Part shown: positions 10,311 to 21,414 of the stretch, piece by piece
Layout of the letters: each line of letters starts with the position of its first letter
How positions within the stretch are numbered: position 1 is the stretch's first letter
Translations under genes and position numbers: made by a program
Assembly (NCBI RefSeq): GCF_006345805.1
Contig: NW_021836491.1
Location: 1-24,143, forward strand
Length of the DNA: 24,143 bases
From: Octopus sinensis
Lineage: Eukaryota
Reading direction: 5' to 3'
The notes under the pieces: model-generated
Seen by the model: the letters and a program-made list of their open reading frames with translations, nothing else
What the model was told of the DNA's origin: nothing
The model's database searches: none

Positions 10311-10556
10311 GTGTTTCTATCGTTGTAACTGTACTTACCACACACTCCAAAATCTCTAATATTGATTCTGGTGGATTTCAATATCTATGTTCATACATAC
10401 ATACATGCACATACAAGCACCACACACACCACACACACACACACACACACACTCATATAAACATATGTACAAACACATGTATACACACTCATATATATAT
10501 GCATTTGTGTATATATAATATATAAATGAGTGTGCACATTATATGTATACATTGTA

Positions 10557-10610
<54 letters not shown>

Positions 10611-10973
10611 GCTCACATACATACACAGACACACACACACGCACACACACATATACATATGTGAAACTAATTGATAGGTTTACTGTCGGGTAAAAACGAG
10701 TATAGTATCTCTTTCTCTCTTCAACCCTACTACCCCAAATGATAGCCTCATTTTCTCTGTTCCGACTGTCTGTTGCACTCTTAGGGGTCAGGGTTATAGT
10801 TTAATTTCTCTGGGCATTTCTTTACAAATGCTACAATATCAATTCAGTTGTTACATACAACCTATTTGTAGTTTCAAAAAACAATAAATATTCTTCTTAT
10901 AAAAGCGCAATGTCCCCCCATTGCTTTAGTTACGTGTGCAGCTAGTAGGCTATCTCTATCTTCCTTCCTAAAC

Positions 10974-12160
10974 ATGTTTCATTGATTAGACTACAGCCAT
11001 GCTGGAGCACCGTCCTGAGGAACTTTCAGTCGTATAAATCGATATCAGCACTCATTTTACCTTTTTTAAGAGCGGTACTTATTCTATCGGTCGCTTTTGC
11101 TGAACTGTTAAGTTATGGCAACGTAAACGCGCGTACGCTTGTTGTCAAGCGATGACGGGAATAAAATGCACACACACACACACACACACAACGTTAACGT
11201 TGAACTTCTTTCAGTTTTCGGTTACCAATCCATTGACAGGGCTTTGGTTGGTCCGAGGCTATAGTAGAAGACATTTGCCCCAGGTGCCACACTGTGTGAC
11301 TGAAACCCGATACCATGTGGTTGGGAAGCAAGCTTCTTACTTCTTATGTCTTTATTGCCCACAAGGGGCTAAACATAGAGGGGACAAACAAGGACAGACA
11401 AAGGGGTTAAGTCGATTATATCGACCTCAGTGCGTAACTGGTACTTATTTAATCGACCCCGAAAGCATGAAAGGCAAAGTCGACCTCGGCGGAATTTGAA
11501 CTCAGAACGTAGCGGCAGACGAAATACCTATTTCTTTACTACCCATAAGGGGCTAAGCACAGAGGGGACAAACAAGGACAGACAAAGGGGTTAAGTCGAT
11601 TATATCGACCTCAGTGCGTAACTGGTACTTATTTAATCGACCCGGAAAGCATGAAAGGCAAAGTCGACCTCGGCGGAATTTGAACTCAGAACGTAGCGGC
11701 AGACGAAATACCTATTTCTTTACTACCCACAAGGGGCTAAGCACAGAGGGGACAAACAAGGACAGACAAAGGGGTTAAGTCGATTATATCGACCTCAGTG
11801 CGTAACTGGTACTTATTTAATCGACCCCGAAAGCATGAAAGGTAAAGTCGACCTCGGCGGAATATGAACTCAGAACGTAGCGGCAGACGAAATACCTATT
11901 TCTTTACTATCCACAAGGGGCTAAACACAGAGGGGACAAACAAGGACAGACAAACGGATTAAGTCGATTACATCGACCCCATTACGTAACTGGTACTTAT
12001 TTAATCGATCCCGAAAGGATGAAAGACAAAGTCAACCTCGGCGGTTTTGAACTCAGAACGTAACGGTAGCCGAAATACCTGCTAAGCATTTCGTCCGGCG
12101 TGCTAACGTTTCTGGCAGCTCACCACTTCTTACTTCTTACCACTCAATCACGCATGCGCT
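10974..12160 (-). mobile_element. SINE A, diverged, split by the SINE B tetramer
   Basis: The body runs 10974-11340. The missing head end resumes after the array as cttcttaccactcaatcacgcatgcgc (~12133-12159). Confidence 0.8.
11347..12124 (-). mobile_element. Head-to-tail array of four SINE B units, period 184 bp
   Basis: Junctions lie at 11527/8, 11711/2 and 11895/6. The flanking direct repeat cttcttacttctta is at 11333-11346 and 12126-12139. Confidence 0.95.
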
Positions 12161-12297
12161 ATGTTTGGTTAGTGTGTTCTGTATTTTTTTTTCTATCAGG
12201 AAGAACTTAATCTTCGATCATCTGCTGCCTATGTAAAATTTAATTAAAAGCTAAAAAATGGAATTCTGTTGACACTTTATCTGGGACAGTACAGCTG

Positions 12298-12299
<2 letters not shown>

Positions 12300-12338
<39 letters not shown>

Positions 12339-12600
12339 TACACACTCACTCACCGTCATCATCATCATCGTCACCACCAACGTCATCATTTCCTCATGAC
12401 AACCATCATCATTACCATCATCACCATCATCATCATCCCCTTCATCGTCATTGTCAACCTCGTTATTATCGCCATCTTTATCGTTATCATCATCATCATC
12501 ATCATCATTATTATCCTTCTCCCCCTCCTCCTCCTCATCATCATCATCGCCATCCTTATCGTCGTCATCATCATCATCATCATCATCTTCAACATCATCC
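12300..12600. repeat. (CA)n and degenerate (CAT)n microsatellite
   Basis: Direct reading. Confidence 0.93.
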
Positions 12601-12800
12601 TATTCCAATGCGCATGTAACAAGTATAGTGTTATTGGACGCTCAGGAAATGAGAGAAAAAAGGCGGATTTAACGTTCCGAGCGGAGCTTTTCGTTAGAAA
12701 CATAGAAAAAGGAAAGGTCCAAGGAAGGGAAGACGGAGGAAGAAAATCGCCAACGATACACACGCGGTCACTTATTGAATGGCCGGAAGGGAATGGGTGA
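12601..12800 (-). mobile_element. Penelope pseudo-LTR-like cassette, copy 1, with a decayed minimal hammerhead
   Basis: Reverse complement aligns by eye to 13045-13268 and contains gttt-CTAACGA-A-AAGC-tcc-GCTC-GGAACGTT-aaa (12667-12701). Confidence 0.6.
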
Positions 12801-12867
12801 AGAAAAACTTTTTTCAAAGACAGGAGAGTGCAAGAGAAGGAGGTATGTGTGTGTATGTGTGGGTAGG

Positions 12868-13040
12868 TATATATACAACAGGCTTCTTTCGTTTTTCGTC
12901 TAGCATATCTTTTCACAAGACTTTGGTTGGCGCGGGGCTATAGTAGAAGACACTCACCCAAGGTGCCTCGCAATGAGACTGAACCCGGGACCATGTGGTG
13001 GGGAAGCAAGCTTCTTATCACACAGCAACGCCAGCGGCCT
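12868..13040 (-). mobile_element. SINE A, 5' half only
   Basis: Head and CORE-like segment are on the minus strand. Confidence 0.8.
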
Positions 13041-13044
13041 ATTT

Positions 13045-13267
13045 CAATATGTGACCTCGTGAATACCGCTGCCGATGTTTTTCCTCTGTCTTCCCTTCTC
13101 GGGATCTTTCCTTCTCCTATGTTTCCGACGAAGAGCTCCGCTCGAAACGTTAAAAACCCTCTTCTTCTCTTCCTTCTTCCTGAGAGTCCAATAATATTTT
13201 ATTTGTTCCACGTCCTCGCTTTCTGTGTTTTTTTTTGTTTTTTTTTTGTGTTTTCTTATTATTGGAT

Positions 13268-13268
<1 letters not shown>
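13045..13268 (+). mobile_element. Penelope pseudo-LTR-like cassette, copy 2, with a near-intact minimal hammerhead
   Basis: gttt-CCGACGA-A-GAGC-tcc-GCTC-GAAACGTT-aaa at 13121-13154, followed by (TA)n. Confidence 0.6.
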
Positions 13269-13349
<81 letters not shown>

Positions 13350-13384
13350 TAATATAGGTATATTATATATGTGTATGTATGTAT

Positions 13385-13600
13385 AGGCAACCTTGGGTAG
13401 TCTTCTGCTATAAACCCTGGACCATTACTTGAGCGAATATGTAATACGAAACTGGATAGAAGCCCATCGTAAAGTATATATGTTGATACATGTGTGTGTA
13501 TGTTACCTTGTATTTGTTCATTATCAACCAACCTCTTAAGAGCCACAGTTGGTTTGTATACATCCCCATAACATTGTTATTTCGGCAAAAAAGAATATAT
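13385..13600 (+). mobile_element. Old degenerate SINE A-like copy
   Basis: accttgggtagtcttctgctata..gaagcccatcgta..catccccataac..ttcggcaaaaaaga. Confidence 0.6.
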
Positions 13601-13621
13601 AAAAAAAATTAAATTATAAGC

Positions 13622-14040
13622 AGGAGTGGCTGTGTGGTAAGTAGCTTGCTTACCAACCACATGGTTCTGGGTTCTGGATTTAGTCCCACTGCGTGACACC
13701 TTGGGCAAGTATCTTCTACTAAAGCCTCGGACCGACCAAAGCCTTGTGAGTGGATTTGGTAGACGGAAACTGAAAGGAGCCCGTCGTATATATGTACATA
13801 TATATATGTGTGTGTGTGCGTGTGTGTGTTTGTGTTTGTCTACCCAACATCGCTTGACAACCGATGCTGGTGAGTTTACGTCCTCGTAACTTAACGGTTG
13901 GGCAAAAGAGATGCGATAGAATAAGTACTAGGCTTACAAAGAATAAGTCCCGGGGTCGATTTGCTCGACTAAAGGCGGTGCTGCAGCATGGCCGCAGTCA
14001 AATGACTGAAGCAAGTAAAAAAGTGAAAGAGTAAAAGAGT
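13622..14040 (+). mobile_element. SINE A, full length
   Basis: Complete head-to-tail match to 5403-5815. Confidence 0.93.
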
Positions 14041-14084
14041 ATAACTCCCTAGAATATTACCAGGATTTAAAAATGAGTCGTGCT

Positions 14085-14165
14085 GTCCATTTGTTCGACA
14101 AACCTCTTCAAGGCGGCGCTCCAGCATGGCCGCTGTCCAATGACAGAAGCAATGAATCGTAAAAG
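14085..14165 (+). mobile_element. SINE A-like tail fragment
   Basis: ttgttcgac..aaggcggcgctccagcatggccgctgtccaatgac. Confidence 0.65.
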
Positions 14166-14599
14166 ATTCCTGTAATTCACGCAACCAGTCTTGTCACACG
14201 AAGTGTCACGCTCATTCTGCCTTAAGGATCAATTGAACGGCGCACAAGTGTATATACGAAATACTTATCGGTTTACTGTGTAGGATGAACGGTACCCGTA
14301 ATTCAAAAGACCACCCTCTGTTTCACTATTATATTAAATGTACAAGTGGGTATGTGGAATACGCAACTACTTAACCTTATAATTCAATAAATGGGTAGCT
14401 CAGTGTCTCGAACTGGAAATTTCGATGTTGAAGCTGGCGGAGAAAGCATTAAGTATTACTAATTTATTTGGTTCTGTAATTCTGTTCACTGCCTTCTGTT
14501 ATTAAAACCAGTTTTATTGAATTCTGAAGTGGGCCTCTTCTTCAAACAAGATGTCTCCATTGACGGATGCAGACGACACACGTAAGCTTGGTAACAAAG

Positions 14600-15540
14600 G
14601 GGAATGAATACGAGAGGAAAAGAGGCAGACGAAGAAAGGAAGAAATGTTGAAAGCAATGATGGTTGAGAAAGGAAAAGGAGAAAGAGGGGAAAAGGAAAA
14701 GGAGAGAGGAAGAAAAAGGAGAGGAAACGAAAGTTGAATGAAGAAATAATAGAAATGAAATATGAGAAAGACAATGAGTGACGGAGTGAGAGAAGGAGTG
14801 AGAGAAAGTGAGAGAGAAAGCGAGAGAGAAAGATGGGTAGATAGAAGGTGAGAGAGACATGGACGGAAAGACAGAGAGACAAACAAAGAGGGAGGGAGAG
14901 CTAGAAAGAAACAGAGGGTGAGACAAAGAAAGGCAGATAGAGAAAGAGGCAAAGAGTGAGAGATAGAGATAGAGCGAAAGAGAGAGAGAGAGAGATAGAG
15001 AGAGAAAGAGAGAGAGGCAGTGAGAAAGAAGGAGAGGTAGGAGAGAGAGCATGAGAGAGACAGAGAGAAGGACAAAGGGAGGGAGCGAGAGACAGACAGA
15101 TGATGTGAGAGAGAGAGAGAGAGCGAAGAACAGAGATAGAGAGGGAGTGAGTGAGCGATACTGGAGTGGGGGACAGAATGTGGGAGAGAAAATAGAAAGC
15201 TAGAAAGCGGGGGTAAATAAATTAGGAAAGAAAGTACACCTAAATCAAAGAACGAAAGAAAGATAGAAAGAAAGGAAGAAAGAAAGAAGAAAGAAAGAAA
15301 GCCAGAAAAGAAGAGAGAAAGAAAGAAAGAGAGGAAGAAACAATGGAGACCGAGAAGTAGATATATTAAAAAGGAAGAAAAAAACAAACAAAAACAACTC
15401 ACGAACAAAGTGAGATAAGAAGTGACACAAAGAAAAGAACACACAATTATTTGAAACGAAGAAAAAGAAAGAGAAATGAGGAAGATCAGTAAGGAGAGGG
15501 ATGAGAAAAAAGGAAAAGAAGGGGGAAAAGGTGGACAAAT
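14600..15540. repeat. Polypurine (GA/GAAA-rich) low-complexity tract
   Basis: Direct reading. It explains the S/L/F-rich minus-strand ORFs. Confidence 0.92.
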
Positions 15541-15639
15541 ATTATGAAGATGTTTAATAAAGTAAAAGCGCAAATATCATCGAAAAGATTTCTCTGTAAT
15601 AACAGAAAGAAGCAATATTAATTTTCAAATAACTTGTTT

Positions 15640-15766
15640 AGTATGTACGTACGTCCATTCACATATACCTACATACATACATACATGCATACATATGTAT
15701 GTATCAATATACATATGTATGCTGGTTATGTATGTATAAGTATAATCTATCTATCTATATGTATAT

Positions 15767-15816
<50 letters not shown>

Positions 15817-16101
15817 ACATATATACACGCATGTATGTATATATAATATATATGTATGTATATATTTATATATACATATTTATATACATACGTACACAGA
15901 CACACACACACATACATATACAAATGCACACACATATATAATTCCAAATGCGTAAGAACATACAAACATACTCTGATTCAGATATACTGTATAGAATATA
16001 TGCGTTTATACAATATACATACACATATATGTTCTGAAATCTTTCACAGCCTTGGATTTTTATCTCATTCTGTAATTTTAATATATATATATATGTATAT
16101 C

Positions 16102-16173
<72 letters not shown>

Positions 16174-16205
16174 TCGCATATATATATATCTATATATATA
16201 TATAT
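15640..16205. repeat. (TA)n, (CATA)n and (CA)n mosaic
   Basis: Direct reading. Confidence 0.92.
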
Positions 16206-16347
16206 CGAAATTACTACGATGATCCGGTTCTTGACTGAAGACTGAGGGCTTCGAATGTCCTGTCTGTGTTTGTTGTATCGTCTCTAATTTTTATGCGTTC
16301 TTGTCTCAGTTTGTATTTTTCTACAATCATAGATATCTATATATACA

Positions 16348-16649
16348 TTGTTTTGTTCCCTTCTCGAGCCATGCCTGGCTCATTAGGGCCGGTTTCCCGG
16401 CTTCCTTGGTGTATGGGTTCCCTACCTGGACGGGGCGTCGATCCTTCGCAGGTGAGCTGCAAGATGCAGGAGGAAAGAGTGAGAGAATGTTGTGGCGAAA
16501 GAGTCAGCAGAAGTTCGCCATTACCTTTTGCCGGAGCCGCGTGGAGCTTAGGTGTTTCGCTCATAAACACACATCGCTCGGTCTGAGATTCGAGCTCGCC
16601 ATCCCTCGACCGCGAGTCCGCTGCTCTGACCACTAAGCCATGTGCCTCC
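16348..16649 (-). mobile_element. SINE C, full length
   Basis: Aligns to 5922-6224 and has tRNA-like A and B boxes. Confidence 0.93.
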
Positions 16650-16720
16650 ACACACACACACACACACACCACACACATATATGTACATACACACAAATAT
16701 ATGTGTGTACATATGTGCGC

Positions 16721-16937
16721 TTATTTACTCATTTACTCATTTACTTGTTTCAGTCATTTGACTGCGGCCTTGCTGGAGCGCCGCCTTTAGTCGAGCACAT
16801 CGACCCCGGGACTTATTCCTTTGTAAGCCTAGTACTTATTCTATCGGTCTCTTTTGCCGAACCGCTAAGTGACGGCGACGTAAACACACCAGCATCGGTT
16901 GTCAAGCAATGCTAGGGGGACAAACATAGACACGCAA

Positions 16938-16986
<49 letters not shown>

Positions 16987-17183
16987 ACATACATATATAT
17001 ATATATATATATACATATATACGACAGGCTTCTTTCAAATTCCGTCTATCAAATCCACTCACAAGGCATTGGTCGGCCTGGGGCTATACCAAACCACATT
17101 GCCCAAGATGCCACGCAGTGGGACTGTACCCGAACCATGTGTGTTGGGTTAGCAAGCTACTTACCACACAGCCACTCCTGCGC
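16721..17183 (-). mobile_element. SINE A, full length (left arm of an inverted pair)
   Basis: Complete copy on the minus strand. Confidence 0.93.
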
Positions 17184-17200
17184 CTGATGTATATATATAT

Positions 17201-17614
17201 AGGTGTGGGCTGTGTGGTAAGTAGCTTGTGCTAACCCAAGGTGTCCCGGGTTCAGTCCCACTGCGTGGCATCTTGGGCAAGTGTCTTCTGCTATAGCCCC
17301 CGGGCCGACCAAGCCTTGTGAGTGGATTTGGTAGACGGAAGCTGAAAGAAGCCTGTCGTATATATGTATATATATATATGTGTGTACGTGTTTGTGTGTC
17401 TGTGTTTGTCCCCCTAGCATTGCTTGGCAACCGATGCTGGTATGTTTATGTCCCCGTTACTTAGCGGTTCGGCAAAAGAGACCGATAGAATAAGTACTGG
17501 GCTTACAAAGAATAAGTCCCGGGGTCGATTTGCTCGACTAAAGGCGGTGCTCCAGCATGGCCGCAGTCAATGACTGAAACAAGTAAAAGAGTAAAAGAAT
17601 AAAGAGTAAAGAGT
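17201..17614 (+). mobile_element. SINE A, full length (right arm of an inverted pair)
   Basis: Complete copy on the plus strand, 17 bp from the opposing head. Confidence 0.93.
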
Positions 17615-17793
17615 ATATGAAGCCACGCAGTAGAAGACGGACAGGTGGAAAAATATGGATGCGCAAATGTGACAAACACTGAGGGAACAGCTTACAAACG
17701 TGTATTTTGTGACTGTAATATAATGATTCAATGTTTGAGAGACGTAAATTGTCCATTCCCTAAAACTTCTCGTCTTCTCTTCTTCTTCTCGGG

Positions 17794-17858
17794 AGGATAA
17801 CTGAAGAGATGGTGGCGTGGATTTCCACCTCGGCATCCGAAACTCGGAGTTTTATCTT
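17794..17858 (+). ncRNA. Type I hammerhead ribozyme, apparently intact
   Basis: Stem I is AGGATAA (17794-17800) / TTATCTT (17852-17858). Core CTGAAGA is at 17801-17807, stem II at 17808-17838, GAAA at 17839-17842, and stem III is ACT-cgg-AGT. The predicted GUU cleavage site is after 17851. Confidence 0.75.
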
Positions 17859-18089
17859 GGCTACCTAATAATTGTCGCATATTACATCTACAGATACATT
17901 CCTCTATTTACATAACGTCGAGGTCTCTTTCTTTCTTTTGTTATCTTAACGTTTTTATCAATCTAAAAACAAAAAAAAACAAGGGAGATAACTCCATTAG
18001 AATCAAATAATCACACTTTCTTAACATTGCAGATGTCCTACTTATATATATTTGTTTACTTATTTGCTCTCTATGTTCTTTCCTTTCTT

Positions 18090-18830
18090 TTATACTTTTA
18101 CTTTTGTTGCTTTTTTCCATTTCCTTTCTTCCTTCCTTCCTTCCTTCCTTCCTTCCTTTTCTTTCTTTCGCTTGTAACTTTCTAAATTCCAGCCACGTTT
18201 CCTATTTTCTTCTTTGTTTTCTTCCCGTTTGCCTTCATTTCTTTCATTCACTTCATCATTCATTCTTTCCCATATCCTATCTTTCCTTCTCTACTTGAAT
18301 TTCCTTCACCCATTCATTGCGTCTTTCTCGTATACTTTTCATTTTATCATCTATTATTACCTTCTTCCCTGCATTCTTTGTTTCATTTCTTTGACTTGTA
18401 CCTATTTCGTTAATTTATTCTCTTTCCTTCACAGCCTCTTCCTTACGCTATCTCTGTCTCTCTGTCTGTCAGTCTGGCTGTCCGTCCGTCTGTCTGTCTG
18501 TCTGTCTGTCTGTCTGTGTTTGTCTCTCTCTCTCTCTCTTCCATCCTCTTTTCCCTTTTCCTATCTTCCTTTTCAACATTTTTTACAATTTGCTTTCGTT
18601 CCTTTTATCAATTCTATATAAAATTTAAAATATCATCTCTCCTACCTTCTCTCTGTCACTCTCTCTCTTTCTTAGCTCCTCCTATTCCCTCCCTTTCCCT
18701 CATCTCTCTCTCTCTCTCACTCTCTCTCTCTCTTTCCCTTCTTCTCTACTCCAGCCTCTCCCAGCATTTCTCGTCTTTCTCTCCGCCCCTCTCTATCCTT
18801 CCGAATCTCTATCCTTCTCGCCGCTCTTTT
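18090..18830. repeat. Polypyrimidine (CT/CCTT/TCTG) low-complexity tract
   Basis: Direct reading. Confidence 0.9.
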
Positions 18831-18873
18831 AAAAAGCCTTCGTTTTTCGTTTACTCATAATTATAGTTTGTGG

Positions 18874-18904
<31 letters not shown>

Positions 18905-18907
<3 letters not shown>

Positions 18908-19311
18908 TCTTTTACTCTTTTACTTGTTTCAGTCATTTGACTGCGGCCATGCTGGAGCACCGCCTTTAGTCGAGCAACTCGACCCCGGGACTTAATCTTT
19001 GTAAGCTCAGTACTTATTCTATCGGTCTCTTTTTGCCGAACCGCTAATTGACGGGGACATAAACACACCAGCATCGGTTGTCAAGCAATGGTAGGGGGAC
19101 AAACACAGACACACAAACATACACGCACATACATATATATACATATATACGACAGGCTTCTTTCAGTTTCCGTCTACCAAATCCACTCACAAGGCATTGG
19201 TCGGCCCGGGGCTATAGCAGAAGACACTTGCCCAAGACGCCACGCAGTAGGACTGAACCCGGATCCATGTGGCTGGTTAGCAAGCTACTTACCACACAGC
19301 CACTCCTGCGC
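18905..19311 (-). mobile_element. SINE A, full length; a 15-bp piece of the head end is duplicated at ~19316-19330
   Basis: Complete copy, with agccactcctgcgc repeated. Confidence 0.93.
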
Positions 19312-19341
19312 ATATAGCCACTCCTGCGCCTATATTCATTT

Positions 19342-19564
19342 AGCTGGGCGAAACGTTAGCACGCCGGGCGAAATGTGTAGCGTATTTCGTCTGTCGTTAC
19401 GTTCTGAGTTCAAATTCTGCCGAGGTCGACTTTGCCTTTCATCCTTTCGGGGTCGATAAATTAAGTACCAGTTATGCACTGGGGTCGATGTAATCGACTT
19501 AATCCCTCTGTCTGTCCTTGTTTGTCCCCTCTGTGTTTAGCCCCTTGTGGGTAGTAAAGAAATA
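19342..19564 (+). mobile_element. SINE B monomer
   Basis: Perfect TSD tatattcattt at 19331-19341 and 19565-19575. Confidence 0.93.
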
Positions 19565-19572
19565 TATATTCA

Positions 19573-19610
<38 letters not shown>

Positions 19611-19879
19611 ATATTAGTTCGTTTGCTTGTATTTCACTGTTTGTACAGGCTTGTTTGTATGAGAATTTATAAGTCTGTGTTACGCATCTTTGTGGCAGAA
19701 TACTTCTGTGTATTAATGCGCCATTTTGAACCACGAACCACGTGTGCTTTACTGTACGGGTCGTTGTTTGTGTTTGCTTGTATTTCTATAAGTCTGTTTG
19801 CATGTGAACATATAACAAGGTCTTGTGTATGTCGCTTCACTCGCGTGGACGTGTGTTTTGGCTATGTCATTATATATGT

Positions 19880-20735
19880 GGGTGTGAGTGTGAGTGTGTG
19901 TATATACATGCATATACATATATATATGTCATTCTATCAATCTATCTGACAGTCTGTCAGTTTGTCTCACTATGTATGTATGTATGTATGTATGTATGTA
20001 TGTATGCATGCATGTATGTATGTATGCATGCATGTATGTATGTATGCATGCATGTATGTATGTATGCATGCATGTATGTATGTATGTATGTATGTATGTA
20101 TGCATGTATGTATGTATGTATGTATGTATGTATGTATGTATGCATGCATGTATGTATGTATGCATGCATGTATGTATGTATGTATGTATGTATGTATGCA
20201 TGCATGTATGTATGTATGCATGCATGTATGTATGTATGTATGTATGTATGTATGTATGTATGTATGTATGTATCAATCTTGCTATCTATCTGTCTGTCAG
20301 TCTGTCTAGCTAGCTACATATTTATATACGTGTGTGTGTATATTATGCATGTACATACATGCATACATACATTCATACATACATGCATACATACACGCAG
20401 GCATATATACGCACACGCATACATGCACACATACACATACAAGCATATATACATATACATACATAAATACATACATACACACATACATACTTGCATGCTT
20501 ACACACATATACATATACATACATACACGCACATACATACACAAATACATACATATATACATACATTCATACATACACATATATCCATACATACACACAT
20601 CCATACACGCATATATACATACATACACATATATATATAACATACATACACACATATATACATACATACATATATACATACATACACACACATATACATA
20701 CGTACATACATATATACATACATACACACACATAT
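19880..20735. repeat. (TATG/CATG)n followed by (CATA/CA)n tetranucleotide tracts
   Basis: Direct reading. It explains the MYVC and HTYI ORFs. Confidence 0.95.
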
Positions 20736-20757
20736 GGTTTTGATTTTGATTTTGATT

Positions 20758-20806
20758 TTTCCAGTTTCAGCTAATGATCTGTGGCCATGCTGGGGCACCG
20801 CCATAT
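20758..20806 (-). mobile_element. SINE A-like tail fragment
   Basis: gtttcagctaatgatctgtggccatgctggggcaccgcc. Confidence 0.6.
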
Positions 20807-20842
20807 ACATATATTCACACATATATATATACACATATAAAA

Positions 20843-21073
20843 GGCGGCTAGCTGGCAGAAACGTTAGCACGCCGGGCGAAACCTGCGTAGCCGTATTTCG
20901 TCTGTCGTTACGTTCCGAGTTCAAATTCCGCCGAGGTCGACTTTGCCTTCATCCTTCGGGGTCGAATAAATTAAGTACCAGTTACGCACTGGAGGTCGTG
21001 TAATCGACTTAATCCCCTTGTCTTCCTTGTTCGTCTCCCCTCTATGTTTAGCCCCTTGTGGGCAATAAAGAAA
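20843..21073 (+). mobile_element. SINE B monomer, full length
   Basis: Runs from ggcggctagctggcagaaacgttagc to gcaataaagaaata. Confidence 0.93.
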
Positions 21074-21320
21074 TATATATACTACAACATACATGCATAT
21101 AAATTTCATACATGCACACATGCATACATACATAGATATATACATAAACACGTACATATATACATAATGAACAGCTGTGTCTATGAGATTTCCTATATAT
21201 CAGCCTGTATATCCTCGCTTGTGTATGTTCATATCTTTTTGCATCTGTCTGTATATGAGCCCTTTTACAAAGTTTTGTTAGTACAGATGTGCATTCATGT
21301 ATGTACATAAAAGTATGTGC

Positions 21321-21414
<94 letters not shown>

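Noticed and set aside
4003-12124. SINE arrays as CRISPR-like or retrozyme repeats
   Set aside because: There are no unique spacers, the context is eukaryotic, and the 184-bp unit has no CUGANGA/GAAA hammerhead core on either strand.
16205-16335. CTGAAGA at 16235-16241 followed by CGAATGTC as a hammerhead
   Set aside because: No consistent stem II follows the core, GAAA is broken and stem I cannot be closed. At most it is a heavily decayed pLTR-like cassette.
17640-17800. Cys-containing ~55-codon frame upstream of the hammerhead
   Set aside because: It has no start and no recognisable GIY-YIG or other motif, and it is short enough to be chance.
14600-18830. Purine and pyrimidine tracts flanking the inverted SINE pair as a giant palindrome
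   Set aside because: The complementarity is only compositional, with asymmetric spacing and no alignable identity.
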